A stretch of 63,081 nucleotides of DNA, filler included, from Hausera hauseri (GCA_046269625.1; 10 parts of 10 records of this genome joined end to end with filler, not necessarily neighbours in it), one strand, 5' to 3'; counted from the first letter of the whole stretch, positions 1-11,633 are shown. Numbers and translations are program-made. Notes: a model not told the origin generated them from the sequence alone.

Positions 1-445
1 ATTTTTGTCCTTAAATAATTTATATGGAGGTTTCATGTCAGTTTCCCATCAATAACCACACTAAAAAACTTTACCTCACTAACTCTACTAATTTCTACAC
101 CATCAACTCGAAATGGAACATATACCGTTCTTTGTCTCTTTGTAAATATCATATAATTGGTTTTATCCAAATTCAGTGATAATTTATTAAGTTTAAACCA
201 GTTTTTTATTTGCAAAAATTCTGTCTGCATTTTCTCTAACATCCGTTCTGTCTTTACCCAAACAAAAAAAGTGGTATCATCTGCAAATAGAATACTTTTG
301 AAAAACCCTGACACATTAACCAAGTCATTAACATATAAGATAAACAACTTCGGTCCAAGTATAGAACCCTGAGGAACTCCACACGAGATTTCACAGAGTT
401 CAGATCTTATATCATATACAAACTGTTTCCTATTTTCTAAAATAA
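1..445 (-). mobile_element. Non-LTR retrotransposon (CR1/L2/Jockey-like) reverse transcriptase fragment
   Basis: Minus-strand translation GVPQGSILGPKLFILYVNDL...ILFADDT...WFKLNKLSLNLDKT matches LINE RT motifs. Confidence 0.92.
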
Positions 446-696
446 CTACATACCCACAATGTCAGAGTAAACTGAGTTCGTAGAAATGAGAAAATTTTAG
501 AAGCAAGCTTACTGTTACTGAGACAAAGGCTTCAAGAGTAAGTAAAAATTCTTGTCAAAAATGTTCCTGAAAATGAACACACAAACCAAACCATATACAT
601 GTAGAAGTTATGGTGTCATGTTTAAGTTTGAATTGAAAGTAATACAGTCCAATAATCAATAAATTATTGTATCTCATTTTTGTCCATATTTTAGCG

Positions 697-3480
697 ATGG
701 ATCGAAATTTCACTTTGTCGAAACAGAATTTGATAATTCATGAAATTGATCTGTATAATGCACGTGTTAAAGGAATTACTGAATTGTTTTTCAATAATTT
801 ATCGCACCAACTCAGTTGTATCACAATCGACTGTTGCGGACCAACGGTAACTCATGTTACGATAGAACACATTTCTGATTGTTTGTTTCAAATTGTTGAC
901 GGCTGTAAATTGCAAATAAACGTTCCTGTCGAATTGATTAATAGGAAAAATATTCGCGTAAGGATCATATTTGAAAGCACCGGTAGTCGATGTGGTATTA
1001 CATCAATGATGAGCACATTACCTTGCACCAGTGCAGACTACCTCTATTGTGCACCATATAATAACACAGCCGCGTCTCTCTTTCCTTGCATCGAATTTGG
1101 TAAAGCCTGCGTTTGGGATATTTCAGTTGTATCACCGCAACGCGACATGGTTGTACTTTGCAGTGGGGAATGTTTAGGATTTGAAGACAATATCTATCAA
1201 TTTAGTGTATCTCATCCCATGACTGCCCGATGTATCAATTTTGCTGTTGGTCATTTCTCATTCTTTGTTCATAACGATGATAGCCGATTGGAATTTTTCG
1301 CTCCGGTTGAATTTGTTGATCAAACTCGACTGATAGCAGATGTCGCCGTAAGGTTTGCCCGATTTGTGGACAATAAACTCCATCGATTTCCTAAGTTGCG
1401 CGTTCTTTTCGTCGAACATTTGCTGGATGATTATTATTCATCGTCGAATTTGCTACTGCTGGACGTTCGTCTGCTCCAGTCCGGTTTAACAGACGCAAAT
1501 CAAATGACGATCGTCACAAGATCAGTTGCTACAGCAATGTTCGAGCAACTGATCGGAGTCTGTGTCGAACCACTGCGTTGGGCAGATTCATGGATCTGTT
1601 GGGGGTTTTCATCGTATTTTGCGATGAAATTTCTCCGAGACGAGATTATCCGGAACGATGAGGTATTATTGCAACTCGTACGTCACGATATGGACGTTGT
1701 TGTGCGATACGAGGACGAATGTGGTGGCATTGCATTGGATTCCACTGATGAACCGCAGCCGTTGTTTAACGCAAACGAACCTCGTCAAACGTTGCAGAGA
1801 TACACGGAAATGTTACGCCGAAAATCCGGATTGGTCATTCGTAGCTGGGCATTGGCCATATCGCACAGAGAGTTGGAGAATCTTACGAAGGAATTACTCC
1901 AATGCGACAAGTTCGTCGGTGAATCTCTACTACAGAAGCGTCCTTTGGGTCCGTGGAAGGGTGCTCTACAAACAATGATTCGAAAACGTGGGCACGTGAA
2001 GATAGTCGGTACTGCGCATTTCAATGCCAAATCAAAATCCGTCCAAGTGCGAATCGTACAGTTGCCCTCCAAAGGATCTTTTATGTACGATGGTCCGTTG
2101 CCAATTGAAGTACAGGAACCGGAAGGTGTTTGCGTCAATATTTTACGAATTCCGGCTTTACGGAAGGCTACAATCGAGTTCCACATGCGGTCCCGTCGTT
2201 CACGTATACGTCAGACGAATCGTAAGGTCGTCAATCGGATGATGGAGTTAGTCGACGGTCCGACAATTGGCTATGCTGTATTAGATCCGTCATTAGCGCT
2301 TATTGGATCGGTGTGCAGCCAATTGGATGAGGAACAAACACGTTTCATGATAGACAACACGACATCGTATTCGGTCATGCTGCAGGGGCTTGTGTCGTTA
2401 CGTGGCAACCAAACATCCGATCACGGTGATCGGTTATTGGATATGGCACGTTCTCGTCAAATACCGCTTTGTTTACGATTGGAATCCATATCGCAAATGG
2501 AATCGTTACTCCGATTACCGGACTGTTCATTGCCTCACGATACGATTAAAGCGTTGCTTGTCAGAGTCTGCTTTGATGAGGATGGGAACGGCATTCGATG
2601 TCCACATTTCCATTGGAAATACATCGACGATATTCTCGTTCAACAGGCTCTCATTGCAGCAGCTGGCCGGTCTTTCGTTGCTCGTACTCGTTGCGAATGG
2701 GCGGATTTCATTGAAATGCTGACGGACATTTTACGCGCGTCATCAGTAGCGGATGGTTATTGGGACAGTCATTGCAGAATACGTGCAACTGTTATCCGTG
2801 CAATGGCTGACTCAATAAACGATACATCGAGACAATTCATACGTGATGATGACGTTTGTAACATATGCGACATAGTACTTGACCAATGGATATCGGATTT
2901 TGCAATTCCGGCATCCGATCTCTGCGTAACGGCAGCCTGTATGCGTTTATACGCACGGCTAGAACAAATGGGCTTATTGACAGGAACGTTGTCCATTTAT
3001 CTTAGTCAGGATTCTGATGATAATGAACTTGTACGGATTGCAGGAATTCGTGCGTTGTTGACGTTTCTTGTCGGATTTTCTGATCCGACTGAACCCGTAC
3101 AACAGATTGTGTCGTTTATCGGCCGTCGAACGGTGCCGCTTTCTCTACGGGTACGAGTAATCCACATTGTCACTGAGACCCTTTGGCCAATGGCATCGTT
3201 TGAATTGTTTAAAACGTTCATGCAACACCGGCAGGAATTGGAAAATATGTTTGCCAATGAGCCGGTCCCTCCATTGAATTTGGCATTATGTGAAATGGCA
3301 CGAGCAATCAAAAATTTGAAACGGACAATAACCAGTACACAAAATGCAAAAACCAAACAATTATTAGATTATTTAAAACCGAACGAAACATGTGATGCAA
3401 TCGACGGGAATGTTTGCGAAACGATCAAATCTTATAACACTGGCGAACAATTTAATCTCAGTGATGATTCCGATGGGTAA
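697..3480 (+). CDS. TAF2: TFIID subunit 2 (TAF2)-like protein, M1 aminopeptidase fold, non-catalytic, intronless and divergent
   Basis: Uninterrupted ORF (first ATG at 697; ORF track starts at TTG 667). Segments FTLSKQNLIIHEIDL..VKGITEL, LFPCIE...VWDI...MVVLCSG, INFAVGHF and FEQLIGVCVEPLRWADSWICWGFSSY parallel TAF2 motifs; no HEXXH. Confidence 0.8.
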   Translation: MDRNFTLSKQNLIIHEIDLYNARVKGITELFFNNLSHQLSCITIDCCGPTVTHVTIEHISDCLFQIVDGCKLQINVPVELINRKNIRVRIIFESTGSRCGITSMMSTLPCTSADYLYCAPYNNTAASLFPCIEFGKACVWDISVVSPQRDMVVLCSGECLGFEDNIYQFSVSHPMTARCINFAVGHFSFFVHNDDSRLEFFAPVEFVDQTRLIADVAVRFARFVDNKLHRFPKLRVLFVEHLLDDYYSSSNLLLLDVRLLQSGLTDANQMTIVTRSVATAMFEQLIGVCVEPLRWADSWICWGFSSYFAMKFLRDEIIRNDEVLLQLVRHDMDVVVRYEDECGGIALDSTDEPQPLFNANEPRQTLQRYTEMLRRKSGLVIRSWALAISHRELENLTKELLQCDKFVGESLLQKRPLGPWKGALQTMIRKRGHVKIVGTAHFNAKSKSVQVRIVQLPSKGSFMYDGPLPIEVQEPEGVCVNILRIPALRKATIEFHMRSRRSRIRQTNRKVVNRMMELVDGPTIGYAVLDPSLALIGSVCSQLDEEQTRFMIDNTTSYSVMLQGLVSLRGNQTSDHGDRLLDMARSRQIPLCLRLESISQMESLLRLPDCSLPHDTIKALLVRVCFDEDGNGIRCPHFHWKYIDDILVQQALIAAAGRSFVARTRCEWADFIEMLTDILRASSVADGYWDSHCRIRATVIRAMADSINDTSRQFIRDDDVCNICDIVLDQWISDFAIPASDLCVTAACMRLYARLEQMGLLTGTLSIYLSQDSDDNELVRIAGIRALLTFLVGFSDPTEPVQQIVSFIGRRTVPLSLRVRVIHIVTETLWPMASFELFKTFMQHRQELENMFANEPVPPLNLALCEMARAIKNLKRTITSTQNAKTKQLLDYLKPNETCDAIDGNVCETIKSYNTGEQFNLSDDSDG

Positions 3481-6400
3481 TTGTGCAGAACATCGGATAA
3501 TTGACGTTCGTAAAGCTAAAGTATCAATTAGAAATTCATAAGAATGTAGATGAAAAAAAAAATAATTTAATAAATATCCTACCTTTTTGTTAGTCCATCT
3601 GAGGCGAACTGAACTTATAAAGACTTTGTATATCTATGCACCTCCTAAATATACAGTTTTGAGCGCGACTCAAGGTAATGGGATTCATGAGATAGTGACA
3701 CTTATTGCTGGAGGAATGTAACCATTCGAAATGCAGAAGTAATAAGGGATTTCTTGGTTAACATTAATGAGATTATTGATTTTTATCTGTTTACCCCTTT
3801 ATCGGGTATCCGATATCCAATCTCCTTAGGTGATTCTCATTTACCATTGCGAATGTTCCAATACAATACAGTCGTTAATGTATCCCTGATGGTTAACCTA
3901 GACGCTATGAACTTCTGAGCAATGTGGCGACCGAGGCCTATCTGTGCCCATGATTCTTACGGTTTTACCTTACCATACCCATGATACTGAAGTTCGATGA
4001 AAATTACACACCCATACTAATCCGTATTTCTTAATTTAATTAATTCTAATGTGTATCTTGTTACAGTAATTTAAGCCCCAATCTGAAGAATGTCGTATAT
4101 CTCCGCATATTAAACATCATACATTACAATACTAGTGTCGCACATCCCAATATCAAATAACATAGAATAGATACTGGTGTTGTCACTGCTCCACAGAAGA
4201 CAACAATGACGTCTAACAAACTTCAAAAATATATTGACAATTTCGTGAACTATGAATCCACATCCTTTGACCTTCTGCTAATGCTTCAATCTATTTCGGT
4301 AGGAATCATATGTGTGCGTGTAGAAATCTGTTTATCTGCCAATAAGAACTATCTCGTTCTTCTTTCAGAGGCGAGAAAATTAGTTTTCACCACATGAGTG
4401 TTGGCCAGTACTGTTAGGGTTTGTTAATCATGAACTCACGCTAATCATGAACTCAACAAAACCCCAAAGTAACCGGTAGGATTCGTTATCAGGAATTGAA
4501 TTCGCCGTTATCAGTTATCAATATGACTGTCCCTAAAACGTCAATTCCACCACAAATGCCAAAACACTGATTAACTCTGACTTTATTTGATTCTTCGACT
4601 TAAATTTGACTTCATTTGATCATTTGATTTGAAGATTACAGTTCAGATATAATAGACTATGACAATGTGAATACTGGTGTTATAATTAATAGACCCTGTG
4701 TATATAAATGTTTTATCTTGTCGTTCTATTGTTAAACCCTGATGAGTATCTTTGCCACACTGTTTTATGTACAAGTGTTGTTAACCAACCAAAGCGGCGA
4801 CTAATTAATAATTAAGTTAAAACAGATTAATACAGTTAGAAACCTGTTAAAAGAAATTGAGCTGACAATAATAAATCACTACGTTATGGCTAGTATATAA
4901 ACTCGTCGCAGTCACACAATACCAACCATTATAAACGCAACACAAAATTTTACTGCACGAACTAGCTTCTCACGTTCAAATTTGACTTCGAGGATTTACT
5001 AATTACTGTCGCTAATCTATAGGTAAATCCCAGTTGTGTAGAAATTTAAATTGTTTCTAATCCATAGTCAACTGTACTATCAATTAGAGAAAATTTTGGC
5101 AATATAAAGGAAGTGTCAGACGTCCAATCAACAGAATTAAAAATTTTATTCCAATTTGTCCAAATTCCAGTATTACCAGTTTGGAGAATGGCGGATCAAC
5201 GAGTAAATTGTTATTATTTTCATTAAATTTTATTGTTCCTAAATTATAAATTTCAATCATAGTTAGAAACATTAATTCAGACAGTTTATTAAGTAATTCG
5301 GCGCCGTATTTCGTGTATTGACATTTATTTAATAAATGATTTTCTTTGTCGAAATTCAGTTTCTTACTGTATTCATTCAATTAGAATGATTATTTGTAAA
5401 TATTAAAGTGAATTGCGTTTAGGAAACCGTGTTACCATGAATGAGAAACGAAACGAGATTGTAAATGATGTACATAGAAAATCGAAATTATTGGAATAGA
5501 TTTATAATAAAAATTTTCTTTTAGTTTAACGAAAATTACACCAGTGCTGGGAAATGACGTTTGTAATTGGATGATCGCTGTGAAGAGATATATTATGACT
5601 CAATGTGGAAGAGGATGTACTGACGAATGTGGACTGGTAAATCTCCTGAATTGTTGTCATGCCAAATATAGTCTACTTAACCGCAAAAAACTGGCTGATG
5701 TTTATATTGATTATCTCAGTCTGATAGAAGCGTCAATTGGTCATTACAAAACTCGCAATCATATTGCTATGAGAATGAAATAAGTAGCGATCTAATTATT
5801 GATGCTCAGGTCGTAAGGGCATATGAATTTTAAACTGCGAATTCTGTAATGATAATGAAAAATGTAACACTAGACTATTGGGGACAATGGTATTTAAGAT
5901 ATGAATATGCATGTGAGATGATACTACAGTTAGGGAGAATTTTTGAATCAATACGGTAATGTAATGTATGTTGATTTAATTATAATATTTAAAGACAATT
6001 ATGAGTAAATGATAAATTTAAAGTTAAGGAATATATATAAAATCGTCCAACACATTTAACGCCTATTGTAGAAGGCTATAGCAATAGTAATACTCATGAG
6101 TGGATATTATAATTAATATTAAAATGAACATCATACCTCGTAGATGAACAGTTCAAACTTGTTAGTTTAGGTGTGGAATAGAAATTAATAAAACATCGAT
6201 CTGTCGGAGTTTGTTGGATATTTGACAAAATATAGATGCTAGGTATAGTTTCAGTCCGTTTGAATAATTTAACAGAAGACCTTATTAGATTGAGATATCA
6301 TTTCCATTAGAAATTATTTGGAATAGTTTAATGCAGATAAGGATTACGGATAAGTGGAAATTATTCATTTAATACAAATCATCTACAGGGCGCAGACGAT

Positions 6401-6652
6401 TTCATGTTGTCGAACCGCCATCGGACCCATAACTTCAGGTTAGCCTTTATTACACGAATACACAATTTTATGTTGGAATGCCTGAACAGATCATTAGCTG
6501 GGTTGAAAATTCCTTAGTGATAGTGATAGACTTAAATTACCAAACATATAAACTGGTGCCCCGAGTAAGGATCAGCCTCCATCACTTAATACTAATAATG
6601 ATACTGTTTTATTGAATATACGGGTGGTTAATTTGATTTTATAAAATTTAAT

Positions 6653-6907
6653 GTGGCGGAATGTGGCATTTGTTTTTGTCCAATCAACTTCAGATATGCA
6701 TTATTCTCCAGATGCACGCATTTCACATGCATCAAGTGTGCAGACGCCTGGATCAGTAAGAAACAGAGCTGCCCCTTCTGCCGAAGAAAGGTCACAAGTT
6801 ATAACTGCCTAGGAACTACTGTAGTGGTAATCTCGGATGATGAGGAAGATACAGAAGATCATGACCATGCATACGTGCTTGGATCTAATGGGATGTCGTG
6901 GGTGTGA
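6653..6907 (+). CDS. Small C3HC4 RING-finger protein with SIM-like acidic tail
   Basis: CGIC...CTHFTCIKC...W...CPFCR followed by VVVISDDEED; start uncertain (GTG, possibly spliced). Confidence 0.75.
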   Translation: MAECGICFCPINFRYALFSRCTHFTCIKCADAWISKKQSCPFCRRKVTSYNCLGTTVVVISDDEEDTEDHDHAYVLGSNGMSWV

Positions 6908-7136
6908 AGAAATCATCACGCTGAATATCGCCACTTTAGGCGAGAATTACCTCCTCGTGTGTACAATTTGTGTATTGACTTTAATGGATATTGAAGAGAT
7001 AAATATATTGTTAGAATCAAACAATATATAAATAGAATTTTAATATTTAATAAGTGTTTGAAATTATAATTATTGAAGTTATATTAGACAGTAAGAGTTA
7101 CTGTTTAACATAGAACTTGAAAATTTGTATTTTGCA

Positions 7137-7499
7137 GAAATCGGTCCTATACATCTGGAGAATTCGACCTTGGATAAATTGACACTGCCGTGTAATCATC
7201 AATATTGTCGAAGTTGTATATACACCTGGTTATCTGAAGAGCCAACTTGCCCATGTTGAAGAAGAGTGTGTGCATTCTGTTCAGCATGTTCCAATGTAGT
7301 GGTTGACTTCATAGCAACTTTTCTTCGTCGACACACCTTCTGTCATTACTGTATAATTGAACATCTAAAAGTCTATCAGTTATGCCCTTCCTGTCCCGAG
7401 TATACTGACTTTTATTTTTTGGAAGGATTGGTCATCTATATGAACATTGACAAACGAATATCAGTGAGCCTTAAAATAGATGAAGACGAGGATGACTGA
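7137..7499 (+). pseudogene. Tandem double-RING ORF with acidic tail (degraded)
   Basis: In frame: LPCNHQYCRSCIYTWLSEEPTCPC*RR then CSAC...HTFCHYCI...CPSC...DEDEDD; TGA at 7257; candidate 47-nt intron GTAAGA...TTTTGCAG at 7091-7137; AATAAA at 7579. Confidence 0.7.
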
Positions 7500-7629
7500 C
7501 CCGATGAATGGAGAAATCCTAGGCCGTTCATGATCATCACATGATGGATAACAAATTATTGTATGTATATGAATTATTAATAAATTAGATGAAAACTGTT
7601 TTGTTCTTAAATAGAAGTAATATAAATAT

Positions 7630-7729
7630 NNNNNNNNNNNNNNNNNNNNNNNNNNNNNNNNNNNNNNNNNNNNTTAATTAATTAANNNNNNNNNNNNNNN
7701 NNNNNNNNNNNNNNNNNNNNNNNNNNNNN
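7630..7729. other. Artificial contig spacer
   Basis: N44-TTAATTAATTAA-N44, stop codons in all six frames. Confidence 0.98.
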
Positions 7730-7922
7730 TCAAATTTTACCCCGAGGGGGGTGAATTTTTATCCCGAGGGGCCAATTTTTATTTCGAGTGGGTCAATTTT
7801 ATCTCGAGGGGTAAATTTTTATCTCGATGGGGTTGATTTTATTTCGAGGGGGTCTAATTTTATCCCGAGAGGTAAATTTTTATCTTAAGGGGGTCTATTT
7901 TTATCCAAAAGGGGATCAATTG
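7730..7922. repeat. Degenerate ~20-bp tandem repeat (AATTTTTATCTCGAGGGGT), probably Polinton subterminal
   Basis: About nine imperfect units visible, directly beyond the integrase 3' end. Confidence 0.8.
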
Positions 7923-8076
7923 TGGAATTCTTTGTTCTAATGTCTTTTTTCGGAAGTGGGAATAATGAAACCCAAGTGAGGTCACAAATGTCTTTGTTCT
8001 CGGGTGGGTCTCTGATTGGCCAGTTTCCCTAACCCCGAAGACGTGTCCAAATGTGATTCGCTGAATCCCGGGCGGT

Positions 8077-9114
8077 GTCTAATCTCAAGTCCTCACATCT
8101 AACTACTTGTATCCGTGTCACTTGAACAGATATTGTTTAATCGAACCTTTGTCGCGTGAAAGTATAATTTTCTGAATACGATACACATGTAGTTTCTGAG
8201 GCAATACCTGCAGTTCCAGTTCGTAAAATTTATCACCTATTTCCTCGTTGGTTGCATTATGCTCTAAAACGTACATAACGGTCGCTTGTTTTGTGTTGGC
8301 TGCAGAAATTCGAAAAACGGCATCTCTCCCGCTTTTATTCAACTTCTTGATGAATGGCGTTGTACTCAGCTTTGAAATATGTATATAATCACCAATTTTA
8401 TATTTTGGACGTTTAATTGTCTCTCGTTGGCGGTTTTGATAAAGCCACTTGCCCAAATTACCTGTTACATCAACTGGCCGTAATCCATTGATTCTACAAT
8501 ATGTCTAATGATTGTATGCATGGATAATATCCGGCAGTACATCTACCCAGCGTTTATTGTCTTGCTTGGTAAAGAATTTGTTCAGTCAACTGCGTAGGAT
8601 TCGATTGAATAGTTTAACCAGTGCAGCCTTTTATTGAGACAACACAGAGCAGTGGTTTACACGGAACTGGTTCAAGACCGAAGCAACATGGGAGTTGTAA
8701 AATTCTTTACCAAATCCGTTTATATGTGCTTCGGCCGTGGTTGTTTTATTAATTTTTGAACAGCGTCGGCAATTTCTTTACCAGATTTAGATTTTACAGC
8801 AACTGCACATGCAAAACGACTAAACCCATCAACATACGTAAACACGTAGCGTTATCTGTCGTTATTGCTATAGTACGGGATCATTTCAATCAGATTCATT
8901 TGCCTGCAGCACTGTACGCACTAGATGGAAACAGTTTTCTTATCAGTTTGTCCAGGCTATATGCTAACTGTTTCTAGAGCCAATGTTAAGTTTGTCGTCG
9001 ACTCCATTTTGCAATCTCTGTCAGTTTATCTACGCCAGTATACCCAACGGGATGACGTGGATTGAACCATACGTCCATCGTTGTCAGTGTTGTACCTGTC
9101 GTTTTTGTTTGCAT
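8077..9114 (-). pseudogene. Polinton-type retroviral-like integrase with C-terminal chromodomain
   Basis: WFNPRHPVGYTGVDKL, RWVDVLPDIIHAYN, PKYKIGDYIHIS, FYELELQ, YRIQKII...QYLFK*HGY; several stops and frameshifts. Confidence 0.88.
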
Positions 9115-9209
9115 TGCAACATTAAAAACGGAAAGTGAATGTAAAATTTGGTAAAGTGGGACAAAATGATGAAAACCATGTACCTATACAACCAAAACAT
9201 AATATACTT

Positions 9210-9557
9210 ACATTCATTGTTTATACCACCCATTAATGATATGAAAACCGGAATAATTGTGCCAATAATCCACCGTCTTGCTGTTACATGACTTCGAGTT
9301 TTAGTCGTTTACTACGGGCGTTGGCAAGGTTAATGAATCGTTTTCGATATTTTAATAAATTCCGTTTTCCACTATCAATGACAACGTGACCCACAACAAT
9401 ACTGTACAAAACTTCCATTAAGTCGTTCATTACAAATTACGGGAATGATCGTAGCATGATTCGTTTATGTCACGACGGTGCTTTAAGGAAAGCAATAAAG
9501 TACGGTTAAGTACTTTTCAAACGTATGTTTCGCCAGTTTATATTCATGCGTCGACAT
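9210..9557 (-). pseudogene. Small Polinton-type protein with basic core and C-terminal GG-amphipathic helix
   Basis: DLMEVLYSIVVGHV...LLKYRKRFINLA...QQDGG[frameshift]IGTIIPVFISLMGG. Confidence 0.6.
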
Positions 9558-9563
9558 AGTTGT

Positions 9564-9743
9564 TTATAATCGCTGCCACTTTGAGGGTAATTTGCGTCTC
9601 ATTGCTGATGTTGTGCGAAGCACTGGTTTGATTAATCGCTTAACTGTATCGTTACGATGTGCTGCAATTGTTGATGCACGTTTCTTTTTGGACACGTGTT
9701 TTGTGTCATTATGTTTAACAACTGTTTTTCGGAAATTTTTCAT
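9564..9743 (-). CDS. Small very basic protein (59 aa), candidate DNA-condensing core protein
   Basis: MKNFRKTVVKHNDTKHVSKKKRAS...MRRKLPSKWQRL*; tightly packed between the ATPase and the next ORF. Confidence 0.4.
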   Translation of the reverse strand: MKNFRKTVVKHNDTKHVSKKKRASTIAAHRNDTVKRLIKPVLRTTSAMRRKLPSKWQRL

Positions 9744-9773
9744 TTTGTTTCACAACTACCATCATGTCGATTT

Positions 9774-10415
9774 TCAAATTTGTTTATTGACATACACACC
9801 TTTCGGATTGAAAATGTATGTTTGTACACATATACTATCTAGACACTGTAGTGTAATGTCGATGAACAGATATCCGTCTGGCTTGGTCGTAGCCCAAATG
9901 TATGCGTCGATTAACTAGACCCGGTTGTGAGGAAATGCTTGTCGTGCAACACAATCTGTGACAGTCTGATCACGGTAATTTTTAAACAGTACCAAATATT
10001 ACACGTTTAGATTTTATGTTTGATGCTGGCCGCCCTGATGGAACAAGTTTTGCGTAATGAAAATAACCGTCACACCACGGAGTTGTGCAATCTTCATGAA
10101 CAGGTTTTTGAAGTCCAATTGTTTCGCGGCTTCTAGGAATAAATCGTCAATGGCAATAACATCACCGTTGCGTAATCTCTCAGACCAGTTCTCATCAAAT
10201 CCATCAATTACCGTTATCGATTTTAATTTACAAAATTCCCGTTGTGTCAAACCGGATTTACCATCATCACCAACACCCTGATGCTAGTATATGTGATTGT
10301 ACCGCGGTGAATGGAACATATCACGGTAGTTCTGTAATATTTTACATAAAAAGTGCGTTTTGCCACTTTCACTGGGACCTACAGTCTGGAAAATTTAATT
10401 ATTCTGCAGCTTCAT
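9774..10415 (-). pseudogene. A32/FtsK-like DNA packaging ATPase
   Basis: Walker A GPSESGKT, Walker B VIAIDD, IFITQNLF, YLVLFKNYRD, GYLFID; several in-frame stops. Confidence 0.9.
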
Positions 10416-10487
10416 GTAAATAATAATATACATTTCCGCAGACGTTTTTGTTTATATTCACGCCGCACACATAAATACTGCTACAGT

Positions 10488-10966
10488 ATGAACACTGTTT
10501 TCATAATGTTAGCCAATATTAACTATCGTGGAAATGTTTTAGATTGTATTGACGCATTACCGTTTAATCAATGGAAGCTGAGGCAGTATGTCCATAAATG
10601 TCCACCAGATTTTACATGCATCATATTTCAATCGGTCAAGTGTCGTATTATGGGTTGTCGCAAAATAGTCACAAATAATAACAGTAAACTACCATTCGAA
10701 ATTGTCATTGACCAAATTCAATCAATAATGGTAACGACTCAGTTAGATTTCCATCAGTCAATCAATCTGTACAAATTAGCAATGGCTACCGAATGTATTT
10801 ATGAGCCAGAACTATTTCCCACACTGATATTAACATTGCTTCGTCCACTTTGTGTTAACGTGTTTAGTAGTTGAAAAACTGTCGTACTCGGTATTCCGAC
10901 AATGGACTATGAAGCGACTGTTAATCAAATTAAAAACCATATAAATATTTTAGTGAATCAAAATAA
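10488..10966 (+). pseudogene. TATA-binding-protein (TBP)-like gene inside the Polinton
   Basis: Two TBP-like half repeats: CIIFQSVKCRIMG and INLYKLA...YEPELFPTLIL...VNVFSS*KTVVLG (TGA at 10872 replaces the conserved Gly). Confidence 0.8.
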
Positions 10967-11559
10967 TGTACTCTGCACAATCAACTATAAATATCACTCA
11001 TGTTCGTTCAGACATTTCTACTATGAAAGACAACGATAAAACGATACTACTCAATGGTGACAATGATAAAAGTTCAGATCGGTCGTGGTTGTTTGGTGGC
11101 GAGAAAGACAATTCCAACGTAGAAACGAAAACAGAACCTGTCCAACAATCAGCAAAACCGTTACTAAAACGGCAAGTGGTTGATAGTGGAATACTAAAAC
11201 GACAATTAAAGCCAGCGTCTCGTCAAGCACCGGCACTTTTACCGAAACGACTTTTTCGAAAGTATGAAATGCATTGTCTGCAGACGTCTGTACAGGTTTC
11301 GTTGAATGATCCGGTGTCGTTGAAGGCAACCACCTACAGTTATCATGTAAAACGGCTGCCGGGTAAAAATTTGGATAAACGCACTGATACTTCACATAAA
11401 TTAAACGTCGATTTAAAGTTGAATGAAACGGCCCTACAACAGCAATCTGTCGTTTTACCAGCCGTAAAAACTAAATTGCTTGATTTTATCGGTCGAGAAA
11501 TGTCTAATGTGCCTTGTGGTGCTCACTTTAGCCCACATAATATTTTTTGCATGTCTTGA
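10966..11559 (+). CDS. Hypothetical Polinton accessory protein
   Basis: 197-aa ORF directly after the TBP-like gene; no recognised motif. Confidence 0.4.
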   Translation: MYSAQSTINITHVRSDISTMKDNDKTILLNGDNDKSSDRSWLFGGEKDNSNVETKTEPVQQSAKPLLKRQVVDSGILKRQLKPASRQAPALLPKRLFRKYEMHCLQTSVQVSLNDPVSLKATTYSYHVKRLPGKNLDKRTDTSHKLNVDLKLNETALQQQSVVLPAVKTKLLDFIGREMSNVPCGAHFSPHNIFCMS

Positions 11560-11633
11560 CTGCACTTTTCTGAACGTTCGTCATTTAAAAAATAGTTGAT
11601 CAAAAAGACCAAATGCCAGAATTCTGTGTCATA

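Noticed and set aside
1658-3356. Alternative-frame and antisense ORFs inside TAF2
   Set aside because: Shadows of a long GC-richer ORF with no motifs
697-3480. Active M1 aminopeptidase
   Set aside because: No HEXXH or GAMEN motif; the pattern fits non-catalytic TAF2
7730-7922. CRISPR array
   Set aside because: No unique spacers, no cas genes, eukaryotic context
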